Part shown: positions 22,877-34,028 of the stretch, in pieces
Layout of the letters: the number at the start of each line of letters is the position of its first letter
Numbering within the stretch: position 1 is the stretch's first letter
Assembly: GCA_965637545.1 (NCBI GenBank)
Contig: OZ281499.1
Coordinates: 26,164,001-26,228,000, forward strand
Direction of reading: 5' to 3'
Source: Phallusia mammillata
Taxonomy: Eukaryota
Length of the DNA: 64,000 nt
Program-made: the position numbers and the translations under genes
The notes under the pieces: generated by a model
Database searches by the model: none
What the model saw: the letters and a program-made list of their open reading frames with translations, nothing else
What the model was told of the DNA's origin: nothing

Positions 22877-23686
22877 TTAAGCAAGGGTTATGAAATCCGA
22901 TGACGCGAATGCGTAGATGTGAATGGATTGTACCAGGTATTCCAGATGCTGTGGCACTTCGTCGTCTGATTCCCACGATGACTCAACAGCCTCGTAGATG
23001 ACCAAAACGTCGGCTTGCTCGGGAAACGAGCTTGGCAAGTTCGAACCTCTGGGATAGGGGTACCAGTTTGAAGCACCAGCCTCCTTAGAGCCTGTTGGGC
23101 GGCAGTTATGGTGTCTCAAGGGAATGGATAGATTGATGACACAAGATTCTTCTCCGTTAGGACGCAACCACAATGGCCTTGCAGGTGCGGCGTGCGTTAG
23201 CGTGATCCACTCAAGTTGCTCACGATTAACCCGTTGATAGAGTCTCACTGCTTTACTTATTTCGTCTGGGTTGTTGCCGAAACTAGCCTGTTCAAGATCT
23301 GTGCTTGCAATTAAGCCTTGGAAGATTTCACACCTTATCTCCTGCAAACGTCGTCGTAGACCTTCAGCCAGATATTGATCTCGGTCACTTGTGAATTCGA
23401 CTAAAGAGATCTCTTCCTCCAAAGAACAAGGCTTGAACTTCAAATCAAACTCTCTATGGTTAGAATTCCAGACAAAGGTTGGAACTGCGTTCTGAACCAC
23501 AGTTAAACGATTTATCTCACGCTTAGCGACAGCAGAAAGTTGCAGTGTGTGATCGCGGACACGATTTAATTGTTCTTCGTCCTCCTCACGATTTCTGGAT
23601 TGTCTGTACTGTCTAGTATAGTTAAAGAGTCTTGAGAACCTGATGTTTCTATGTCGGAATGAGCCTCTCAAATTCGCACGATTCAT
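22877..23686 (-). CDS. ORF0: 269-aa protein of unknown function starting inside the LTR and crossing the PBS
   Basis: ATG at 23686 (GTG at 23710), open to TAA at 22877, with an Arg-rich N-terminus. Identical copy at 31911-32720. The 3' LTR version (13983-14651) runs into flanking DNA. Confidence 0.65.
   Translation of the reverse strand: MNRANLRGSFRHRNIRFSRLFNYTRQYRQSRNREEDEEQLNRVRDHTLQLSAVAKREINRLTVVQNAVPTFVWNSNHREFDLKFKPCSLEEEISLVEFTSDRDQYLAEGLRRRLQEIRCEIFQGLIASTDLEQASFGNNPDEISKAVRLYQRVNREQLEWITLTHAAPARPLWLRPNGEESCVINLSIPLRHHNCRPTGSKEAGASNWYPYPRGSNLPSSFPEQADVLVIYEAVESSWESDDEVPQHLEYLVQSIHIYAFASSDFITLA
23057..23065 (-). other. Candidate primer-binding site TGGTACCCC; second copy at 32091-32099
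   Basis: Begins with TGG 3 nt after the LTR end. The 9 nt resemble the 3' end of a tRNA-Arg(CCU) as I recall it; the tRNA identity is uncertain. Confidence 0.55.
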
Positions 23687-24296
23687 CACTATCTCAAATA
23701 TCAGGCACACACAGAGTTGATTAACACTCTGTATTCTTGATTATTTGTCTTAAGCGATATCGTTGATTAGCTCTTGGCCAGCTAACCACAGCAGTGAGAT
23801 AAAACCAAATTTAGCATCCACAAATAGAACCCACAAATAGAAGGCACAAATAGAACGGCGAAAACATCAAAGTCTACACTTATATAACAATGTGAAACCT
23901 TGGCCGGTGTACGAATTCTTTTTCTCATATTCCTTATATTATTTATTTTAAGGTAGCCATGTAATTTATAATGCCATAGCGCCTTTTGGTGAACACCATA
24001 TGCTTTTTCACAGGGTGGAAACGACGCGCTCTAATACGAAACACAACTGCTGAAACATTGCAAATATCGACGGAAACATGTGTCACAATGGAACAAACAC
24101 TATGTTTACTGTTAGATCTTTCTGGAACCCGAAAAATGGCTGAAAATAACTTATGACTACCATAGAAACGGAAATATAAACATTAGTCTATGCAGAAATG
24201 AGGGTAAACTTTTCCATTTCGTGGTGTGAAACGTTATTGCGAAATAACATGCAATCGTTTTCATAAACATTGCACAATAGTGTTGTAACCGCTACA
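23069..24296 (-). repeat. Shared central LTR of Gypsy-1
   Basis: A PBS lies on one side and a PPT on the other; same length and termini as the outer LTRs. Confidence 0.93.
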
Positions 24297-24674
24297 AAAA
24301 GCTCCCCCCAAAAAAGGGTGCACAATGTGTTTGAATGAAAAACACATTTTATCAATATTAATGGTCGTTAGCGACACGCGACGAGAGAGATTGGTCAATA
24401 GATGGCGGTAGGTGCTGTTACGTGGGGATTTATACGTTGGGAAAAATATGCACAATTAAAGACGAAAAATGAACATAACAATTATATATCTTGTCAATAA
24501 GGGTATGACTCTTCGGCTCTTAGAATAAATATCGTAAGGAAAATAATAAACGTCGTCAAAACAAGGGTGGAAACAGAGAATATAATGTATAAGTATAGAC
24601 TGGCGAAACATAATTTGATAAAATTGCACACAAGAATGTTTTATCGATTATAATGCGGTTTGATAGCTATGATA

Positions 24675-24724
<50 letters not shown>

Positions 24725-25229
24725 TTTTTATAAGTATATGCGATTCTTGTATAAATATATTGCTTTTACACTATTGTTAAAAAGGAATGGGCGGAAAAAT
24801 ACAATGCAAATTCATACAACAAGTAATGTGTGTTATTGAAATCTCCACCGGTTTCGAATTTTGAGTTTTTAGCCTTATATACAAGCATTGATTATATATT
24901 TTTGTAGTGGAGACACAATAAGGGTTTCTGCACTTGAATGAGAAAGGCGAAAACAAGGAAATACTTATATATGCAAAAAGAAATTGTCATGCAGAAACAA
25001 GGTTAGTAATATTCACGGATTAGATATATATATTGGTTTCCCTAAGCAAAATTTTGGTTGACTATTCTAGCAGAATGACAAACGTGAAACGTTAAAGTTA
25101 ATGTGTTGTGGTATGATCAGTCAAACGGCTAGAGTAATATTACGTTCAGGCTTAGCTGAATGTGTGAAATGTTTAATAGTATAGTGTAACATATGCTGTT
25201 CGCTCAGCAACTAGTCTGGGAACAGTATT

Positions 25230-26679
25230 TCAGGCTTCTGGTTCTGTGTTAATCGCTTCCTGAGACTGACTATTTGTGTCGTCATCATTGTTTTGTTGTT
25301 GATGACGTAAATTCCAGTGGCGTTGTAATTCTGCAACTGCCTGGTTGATTTTTGGTCTTGCTATTGGTTGAATACGTTGAAAAAGATGCTTTAATGTTAA
25401 CAAGGACAAGGCTATTCCCCAGAACAAAGCTTGGATAACGAGGAAGGAGAGGAATGCATTTGCAGCAGGACTGGTCACAGAAGATAAAAGGGTGATGAAA
25501 GCTGACTTGAGAAGATTTTGCGGTAGAACCTTGTCATCAATTCCCCCTTCTGTGGAAAGGTTAGTTTGTGAGTCGAAGAAAACATTCATTCGTTCGTTGT
25601 TTAGTTGAGTGCTTGAGAGGACGGCTAGAACGTCCGATAATGCGCGATTTTCGCTAGGTATATATTTGAGAAGCTGGGCCGCTTCAACGAAATCATAAGA
25701 TTGAAAAGATTCATTTATCATCTTGATAATAGGAGAAAGTAGTTGGATATTGGTTTCGACTCTTGCAAGAGTATAATTGACGAATAAGTAATAAGTATTA
25801 TGAACTTTGAAAGTGAACATTCGGTTGGCCCGAAATGTTTCCTTGTAAACTAGGTCTGGGAAAACATTACTCTGGTCATAAAGTTGGTAGGTCTTTTCAT
25901 CGTTGTTCACGTGGCCATCATGAACTTTTACGAAAAAAGGCCTTGTAGCAAAGTAATTGCTATTCTTTATTCGCAGACTTCGCAACAAACGCATTTTTGA
26001 TGTGGTACAAGCGGTCTCTAAGAGTATGTCGCCGTGCGTTATCGCTGCTATGGGCTTTCCCTTCAGGTAGGATAATATCTGGCTTGGGGAAATATGCGCG
26101 CTGGCCCCAGCCAGTAATGCCGTTATTTGTGTAGATTGGCATTGAAAGTATAAGATGTCTGACAGCTGTCTTCTAAATGTTTAGGCTGAGTTGTAAATGT
26201 AGGACTCAAAAATATCGTTTGTAGACTTGTAAATAGTTGGAGCATGTTGCTCGAAATGTCTTTTTGTAGACTTGAAAATAGTTGGAGCTTGTTGCTCGAA
26301 ATATCTTTTTGTAGACTTGAAAATAGTTGGAGCTTGTTGCTCGAAATATCTTTTTGTAGACTTGAAAATAGTTGGAGCTTGTTGCTCGAAATATCTTTTT
26401 GTAGACTTGAAAATAGTTGGAGCTTGTTGCTCGAAATATCTTTTTGTAGACTTGAAAATAGTTGGAGCTCGTTGCTCGAAATATCTTTTTGTAGACTTGA
26501 AAATAGTTGGAGTTTATTGCTCGAAATATCTTTTTGTAGACTTGTTGATGGGAACATACATTCATATTGTAGAGTAGGGACGGGTTTACGCAATGCACAA
26601 CTGAAAATAAGATGTATATACATATGTACAATTTGTTAACTCGTAGTAGACTAATCAGATTCAACAAGGTAGTCGTCAT
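25230..26679 (-). pseudogene. env: env-like gene, copy 2, with the same lesions
   Basis: Offset +9034 from copy 1, with identical translations in the ORF track. Confidence 0.75.
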
Positions 26680-29600
26680 ATCTGCTTGGGCGCTGTGTAT
26701 TCCTTCTTGGGCGAGCTGGGGCTGCTTGGGCTTCATTGGGTAAGACTTCAATGCTTGTGTCTGTCTGACTTTCCTCTGATTGCTCAGGTGGCTGGTCTGC
26801 GGTTTGGAAGTCTCGTTCTGGATGAGTGATTTCGCTTTGTGGTTCTGCCAAGTCGAGTTCTGGATGACTGATTTCATCGTGAGATTGTGCCAAATCGAGA
26901 TTCGGTTGGCTGATTTCCGTTGCTGGAGTTTGATTGTTATAGACTGGAGAGATGTTGTCATCTGTAAGCGGTTGCGGGAGATCAAAGGAACAGGAGGGCG
27001 TTTCTTGTTGTGGACTGGAGTGGGAGATCGTCTCATTTTCGGTGAGTGATTGGTCTATCTTTTCTTCTGTCTCTAAAGAAGTTGAATTATTGTCATCTAA
27101 CTGCTGTTGCTCATTAGTCGCATTAGTGCAGCTTGTTAGTGGCTGAGCTAGAGAATCTGGCGATTCTAAAAAATCTGGAACAAAATCAAGTAAACGCTCT
27201 GCAGGTTTCAAACGATTTAAAGAAACAACGTAAGGTTTGCCGTGACGCATTATTGTATAGTATTTAGCTCTGCGTTGCAAGACTTCAAAAGGGCCGGTAT
27301 AAGCACCGTCTAAAGGAGCTTTTCTAGCATCTGTTCGCATAAACACATGGCTGCAACTGTATAGTCGCGGGTCCATGAAGGTCTCTTGGTTGTGAAGGAG
27401 CCGTGTTGGTGTATACTTGAATTGGTTGAAATATCTTCTTTGTGCTCGCAGAAATTCACCCGAAGGAGAGGCACTAGATGGATCCGGTGGATTTATACAA
27501 GTTCCAGGTAATCTCATTTGTTGTCCCCACATGATTTCGGAGCTGGATGCCCCCAAGTCGTCATTGTGTGTTGCGTTTAATGCCAGGACGGCTAAAGGTA
27601 GGGCGTAGTACCAATCACCTTTTTCTGCTAGGCTGCGTAAAGCACGTTTTATGTTTCTGTTCTTTCGTTCGACTGCGCCGTTCGCGTTGGCGCAATAAGC
27701 TGACGTAGTGAAATGTTGAATATTCAAGAAGTTCATGGCCTGTTGCCATTCCTCATTAGTAAACGAGGAGCCTCTGTCTGATGATAGATAGGAAGGCGTC
27801 CCATAAACACTCACGTAATTGTATAGAAACGCATTTATTATGGTAGAAGTTTTAGCATCTTTTAATGGTACCGCCACAATATGTCTTGTGAACCGGTCAA
27901 CCATGACCAAAATGTGACAATGGCCGTTAGAATCATTCAACTTTCCAATTAGATCAATGTTAATGTGCTGGCCTTTCTGACTTACGGGAGGATAACGTTG
28001 AAAGGGCGTCTTCACATGACGAATTACTTTAGTACGCTGGCAAACCTGGCATGAACGTGACCACGTGACTACATCGCGTTTTAATCCCGGCCAGACAAAC
28101 CGTTTAGCCACTAATTTGACTGTTGGTTTTACTCCAGGATGGCTCAAGTTGTGGATCAAGTCATAGGCGAGCTTCCTGTAACCTGGCGGAAGAAGAGGGC
28201 GAGGTGATCCCGGAATGCTCTCATCACAAATAAGTTTGAGGTTGCTGTTTGGTAAGTTGTGTAATTTTAAGTTTAAAGAATGTTCAGCAGAATTGCAAAA
28301 GGCTTGCAAGTCACTGTCATTGGCCTGAGCCTTAGCTATCGTCTCATAGTCTAGCTTGTTTGCATGGTGGTAAATGGCATTAATGCTTGACCTTGATAAA
28401 CAATCAGCTACTGTATTTTTAGCGCCTGGCAAATATTCAATGTCAGAAGTGAACTCTGAAATGAAGGCAAGAGCACGAGCTTGTCGTCTGTTAGCGATGT
28501 CCCTTCCTGTTACTATAGCAGAACATAAGGGGCGATGGTCGGTGTAAATCTTGAAATTACATCCTTCTAAGTAATGCCTGAAATTTTTGAGTGCGATTAC
28601 AATCGCCGTGAGCTCTCGGTCGAATGTACTGTATTTTCTTTCAGTTTTTGAGAACGTTTTCGAAAAGAAAGCCAAAGGTTGTACCTTTCCTTCAAAAGAT
28701 TGATGCAACACTGCACCCATGGCCACATCCGAAGCATCTGTGGTGAGTGAAAGTTGTGCTTTTGCGTTAGGAAAAGCTAATTCAGTTTGTTGGATAAGAA
28801 GTTCTTTTGCTCGTTCAAATGCTTTTTGTGCCTCTGGTGGCCAATTGACTCTGCTATTGTTCCGTCTGTTGCCTTTTAATAGGTCATATATGGGAGCTAG
28901 CACGCCTGATATGTTAGGTAAATGTGCCGCATAAAAGTTTATCATTCCACAAAAGCGACGGACTTGTTTAACTGTAGTTGGTCTTGGAAAATCCGTGATA
29001 GCTTGTACCTTTGATGGGATAGGTCTGATCCCAGTTGGCGCTATGAGGTGGCCCAGGAAAGTTATCTGCGCACGGCCAAATTGGCATTTTGCAGGGTTTA
29101 TGTACAAGCCAAAATCACTGAGGCGCTGGAAAACCTGTTTAAGATGCTCTAAGTGTTCTTCCTCATTCTTTGAGTAAATTAATAAATCGTCAACGTATCC
29201 AGTCACATTAGTTAAGCCTTCCAGAGCCATATCAAGCAATTGGGACATGAAACTCGCGCTATTCACTAAACCCATCGGTAACCTCTGGTACACAAAACAA
29301 CCAACGGGGGTCCGAATTGCTGTTCTGGGTTGATGTTCCTCCGCGATTTTTATCTGATAAAAAGCTTCCTTCAAATCGACTTTACTGAATATTTTGCATC
29401 CATGTAGAGCAATAAATGATTGACTTAGGCGCGGCATTGGATAGTTTGTCTTTTCCGTGCAGCTGTTCAAGACACGGGCATCTGAGACAATTCGCAAATC
29501 TTCTGTGCCTTTTTTAGCCACTAAGTGGATGGCCATGCCAAATTGAGATTGCGCTCTTCTGAGAATGCCTCGTCTACACATGTCTTCAAGTTGCTTCTTC

Positions 29601-31396
29601 ATGCGATCAAAATATTCCGGGCGGACTCGCCTAGCCTTTTGTACTGCTGGCATCCGGTGAAGCGGAATTCTGGCCACTATCGGATGCTTGGGCTCACGGT
29701 GATAATTTGGGACAGCAGTTATCTCGGGAAATTTCGCTAACAGGTCAGTATATTTTTTGTTGTGCAGGACTGGGGCTTGAAGCAGCAATTGGTTGTCTTT
29801 TGGGCTTATGCTAACCTGCTTTCCAGTAGTGTTGCATTTCAAAAACCCGCCTTGTGGATTCAAACTTAGATTTTGTGCCTGTTAAAAGTCAAAACCTAAA
29901 ATAGGATAGGAGATTTCAACTTGATCAAATTCTACTTCAACAGGACCAAAACCAATATCGACCGTCTGTAATGACTTTCCAAAACACTGTATAGGCTGAC
30001 CAGATACTGTAGTATATTTGCTCATCTCCTTTTGTGGTTTCAGACCTGCTTTGGCTGGGATAAAGCTTCCTGCGCTGCCGCTGTCAATCAAAAACTCCGT
30101 ATTAGAAAGCACATCTTTGACACGAGGTAAGTTCTTGTCTATTGTTTGAATAGCATTCAGAGTTTGTCTTGGTATTGCAATCTGTAACCCTTCATGATAT
30201 TTTGGGCATGGAGGACCATAACATTTGAAAGCTTTGTCCTTGTAGCGTTCATGTATGTAGCAAAGGTTTGGTGGATTAGGATTTTGACGTCCAGGGCGGT
30301 ATTCCTGGTTCGCTTGAGTGAATTGAGGGTTTCTTTCATGCTGTGGACGAGTGTCTGTTGGAATGTATTCTGGCCTTTGCTGCTGTTTAGGGGGTCCCCA
30401 GAAACGCGGTTGATTGAATTGTTGGTTTCGCTGGAATTGCTGCTGGTTGTAATAGTTTTGACGGCTATAATTTCCTTGAAAACGCGGTGGAAATTGATTG
30501 TTTTGTTGAAAATTTGGTCGTCTATTGTCATTTTGAAATCGCTGGTTTGAGTAGCGTTGCTGACGGAAAGGTTGCTGTCCCCTGGACATATGTGTTAAGA
30601 CTTCATCTAATTTTGCTGAAAGTTGTGTTACTTCAGAGTTTTTTCCATCTTGTGTTGGCTTATTATCGCTGAAATCGCCGGCAACATAACGGTCATAGTA
30701 TTTTGCCATGTCCATAAGAGTGTCAAATTTCGTAGCTCTTATTAGCGGTCTGACATGAGTGGGAAGTAGATTTAAGAATGTGTTTTCCACTAGTTCTTTT
30801 ATGGTTGGGTCATCTGACACTTTTCTGGGACAAACAGATAATAATTTTTGTAGCAACTCAAAGGCTGATTCATTGTTGGGGTCGAAAGTTATATCATTCA
30901 TTAACTGGATCCAAGAGGATTTTCCACCACTTTGCAGCTGTGAAATCATTAAGTCTTTAATTGAATCATAAGGTTTCTCAGAGTCTGAGGCTTGAACAAT
31001 AGCAGAACGAAACTTGTCTGTCTGTTTGTCATTGAAACTGGTTATCAACAGCGAAAAGCGTGCGTTATCATCTATGACCTTGTTTGTGTCAAAGAAGTTA
31101 TCTAAAACCTTGAAGTAAGTTTTAATATCTTTTTTATGAGACCATAATGGTGGGATTTTCAACACAGACATACGCATTGTGTCTAATTCTTGGTGTAGAA
31201 TGTTAGTAGACATATTAGTAACTGGAACAACAAATTTTGCAGAACCGCATAATGCTGGTCCGCTTAAATTCTGAGATGCGCGGTCAGACTGTGTTGGTGC
31301 TATGTCGTCATTAGTTAAGTCATTTCCTGACAGCTGTTGTTGTTGACTTGCTTCAAAGATACTGGCAGATTCATCAGAGTTACTGGCAGTTGCCAT
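26651..31396 (-). pseudogene. gag-pol: Gypsy-1 gag-pol, copy 2, with a nonsense codon in the protease
   Basis: Position 29883 is T where 20849 is A, turning TTA (Leu) into TAA after GFDF. Confidence 0.9.
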
Positions 31397-31910
31397 ATTA
31401 GATTTGCTTCTAGTATTGTACACGTGGGCTGACTTTTTATGTGCAGGCGTAGATTTTCCCTTTGATTTGGCCTTTGAACCCTGACCTAGCGTGACTGAGC
31501 GAACTATTTTTGACAGTGTGAATGTTGTGTTTTTAACTTAGTGTGGGAAAACGTTTGAGTCCCTATAGAAACGGTTGAAACCAGACCAAACCAATATATA
31601 TATATAAGAGCAACAAATGTTAGTATTGCAGAACAGAAAAACGTTTCCGGCTTAGACAAAGCCGCTCTTGTGAAACGTGAAATTAAATGTAATCAGAAAA
31701 ACACACAGGCTGTATTGCATGCGCTATTTGATTGTTAACTTGACACAAGTTCCTTTACTTTAAGATTTATAATTAAATTAGAATGAATGTATATACACAA
31801 AATGATTATTGCTTGAACAAAGCTTCAATCAAAATCAATTTTATCACACAACGTTTAAAATGTCTGAAAATCGTTAGGATTCAAGTGCAGAAAATGCTGC
31901 GCACACTTAC

Positions 31911-32720
31911 TTAAGCAAGGGTTATGAAATCCGATGACGCGAATGCGTAGATGTGAATGGATTGTACCAGGTATTCCAGATGCTGTGGCACTTCGTCGTC
32001 TGATTCCCACGATGACTCAACAGCCTCGTAGATGACCAAAACGTCGGCTTGCTCGGGAAACGAGCTTGGCAAGTTCGAACCTCTGGGATAGGGGTACCAG
32101 TTTGAAGCACCAGCCTCCTTAGAGCCTGTTGGGCGGCAGTTATGGTGTCTCAAGGGAATGGATAGATTGATGACACAAGATTCTTCTCCGTTAGGACGCA
32201 ACCACAATGGCCTTGCAGGTGCGGCGTGCGTTAGCGTGATCCACTCAAGTTGCTCACGATTAACCCGTTGATAGAGTCTCACTGCTTTACTTATTTCGTC
32301 TGGGTTGTTGCCGAAACTAGCCTGTTCAAGATCTGTGCTTGCAATTAAGCCTTGGAAGATTTCACACCTTATCTCCTGCAAACGTCGTCGTAGACCTTCA
32401 GCCAGATATTGATCTCGGTCACTTGTGAATTCGACTAAAGAGATCTCTTCCTCCAAAGAACAAGGCTTGAACTTCAAATCAAACTCTCTATGGTTAGAAT
32501 TCCAGACAAAGGTTGGAACTGCGTTCTGAACCACAGTTAAACGATTTATCTCACGCTTAGCGACAGCAGAAAGTTGCAGTGTGTGATCGCGGACACGATT
32601 TAATTGTTCTTCGTCCTCCTCACGATTTCTGGATTGTCTGTACTGTCTAGTATAGTTAAAGAGTCTTGAGAACCTGATGTTTCTATGTCGGAATGAGCCT
32701 CTCAAATTCGCACGATTCAT
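31911..32720 (-). CDS. ORF0 from the 5' LTR
   Basis: Identical translation to 22877-23686. Confidence 0.65.
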   Translation of the reverse strand: MNRANLRGSFRHRNIRFSRLFNYTRQYRQSRNREEDEEQLNRVRDHTLQLSAVAKREINRLTVVQNAVPTFVWNSNHREFDLKFKPCSLEEEISLVEFTSDRDQYLAEGLRRRLQEIRCEIFQGLIASTDLEQASFGNNPDEISKAVRLYQRVNREQLEWITLTHAAPARPLWLRPNGEESCVINLSIPLRHHNCRPTGSKEAGASNWYPYPRGSNLPSSFPEQADVLVIYEAVESSWESDDEVPQHLEYLVQSIHIYAFASSDFITLA

Positions 32721-33330
32721 CACTATCTCAAATATCAGGCACACACAGAGTTGATTAACACTCTGTATTCTTGATTATTTGTCTTAAGCGATATCGTTGA
32801 TTAGCTCTTGGCCAGCTAACCACAGCAGTGAGATAAAACCAAATTTAGCATCCACAAATAGAACCCACAAATAGAAGGCACAAATAGAACGGCGAAAACA
32901 TCAAAGTCTACACTTATATAACAATGTGAAACCTTGGCCGGTGTACGAATTCTTTTTCTCATATTCCTTATATTATTTATTTTAAGGTAGCCATGTAATT
33001 TATAATGCCATAGCGCCTTTTGGTGAACACCATATGCTTTTTCACAGGGTGGAAACGACGCGCTCTAATACGAAACACAACTGCTGAAACATTGCAAATA
33101 TCGACGGAAACATGTGTCACAATGGAACAAACACTATGTTTACTGTTAGATCTTTCTGGAACCCGAAAAATGGCTGAAAATAACTTATGACTACCATAGA
33201 AACGGAAATATAAACATTAGTCTATGCAGAAATGAGGGTAAACTTTTCCATTTCGTGGTGTGAAACGTTATTGCGAAATAACATGCAATCGTTTTCATAA
33301 ACATTGCACAATAGTGTTGTAACCGCTACA
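32103..33330 (-). repeat. 5' LTR of Gypsy-1
   Basis: Followed by the PBS on the minus strand; its outer end abuts the TSD CCGC. Confidence 0.93.
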
Positions 33331-33636
33331 CCGCCAATGCATAGATACTACATACCCAAGATATAAAGCAAATTTCTATGTTTCTCTGTGAACCAATTAG
33401 ATATTGAGTTGTCACTATGCGCCGCTAGTGGTAGCGGTACACTTGTCGAGATTTTGCAGACAGCTTAGTGTAGCTTTAGTTAAATAAAGTTTGTTTCAGT
33501 CAAATTTTATGCTTATTGTATCGTGTAATGTAGTATAATACAGTGACAACAACTATAGCGCGGTAATAACCAACTAAAACTGTTTCAAATTCTTCATTGC
33601 AGTGAATAAAAAGTCTATATTCCTAAAACAGATTTC

Positions 33637-34028
33637 GGGTGACCTAAAACGCTGAATGGGCGGGATGGGCGGGACGTCGCGGAAACCGCTCAATATCGGG
33701 TAAATTGCTGACGGTTAGTGCTATTAGGGTTAGGTTGAGGTTTTATAATAGTATATGAATCAAAAAATGTCCCTGCCTAAAACTTATTCAACTATTTCCT
33801 GACATTAGGCAAAAATGCTATGGCGGGACGTCGCGGGAGATGGCGGGACGTTTCGGGCGCGGAATGTAGTGTTCGGCGGAATTTTTTTTAATGATTTTCT
33901 ATTATAAAACCTTATCCCAACCTTAATAGCTCCAACCGTCAGCAATTTAACCCGATATTTAGCGGTTTTCACGACGTCCCGCGACGTCCCGCCCTCCATT
34001 CCGCCCATTCAGCGTTTTAGTGTCACCC
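33637..34028. mobile_element. MITE with GG termini and an 8-bp TSD (Merlin-like; superfamily uncertain), copy 1
   Basis: TIR GGGTGAC(A)CTAAAACGCTGAATGGGCGG, extended imperfect inverted arms, TSD CAGATTTC (33629-33636 and 34029-34036). Confidence 0.8.

Larger units (their letters stand above)
14034..33330 (-). mobile_element. Ty3/Gypsy LTR retrotransposon (CsRn1/Kabuki-like gag) as a head-to-tail tandem sharing a central LTR; carries an env-like gene and an LTR-initiated ORF
   Basis: TG...CA ends and 4-bp TSD CCGC (14030-14033 and 33331-33334). Empty site in unit 2 at about 56932-56935. Three 1228-bp LTRs with periods of 9035 and 9034 bp. Confidence 0.95.

Noticed and set aside
33720-33740. 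Telomeric repeat (TTAGGGTTAGG)
   Set aside because: Fewer than two units, located inside a MITE arm and mirrored imperfectly on the other arm.
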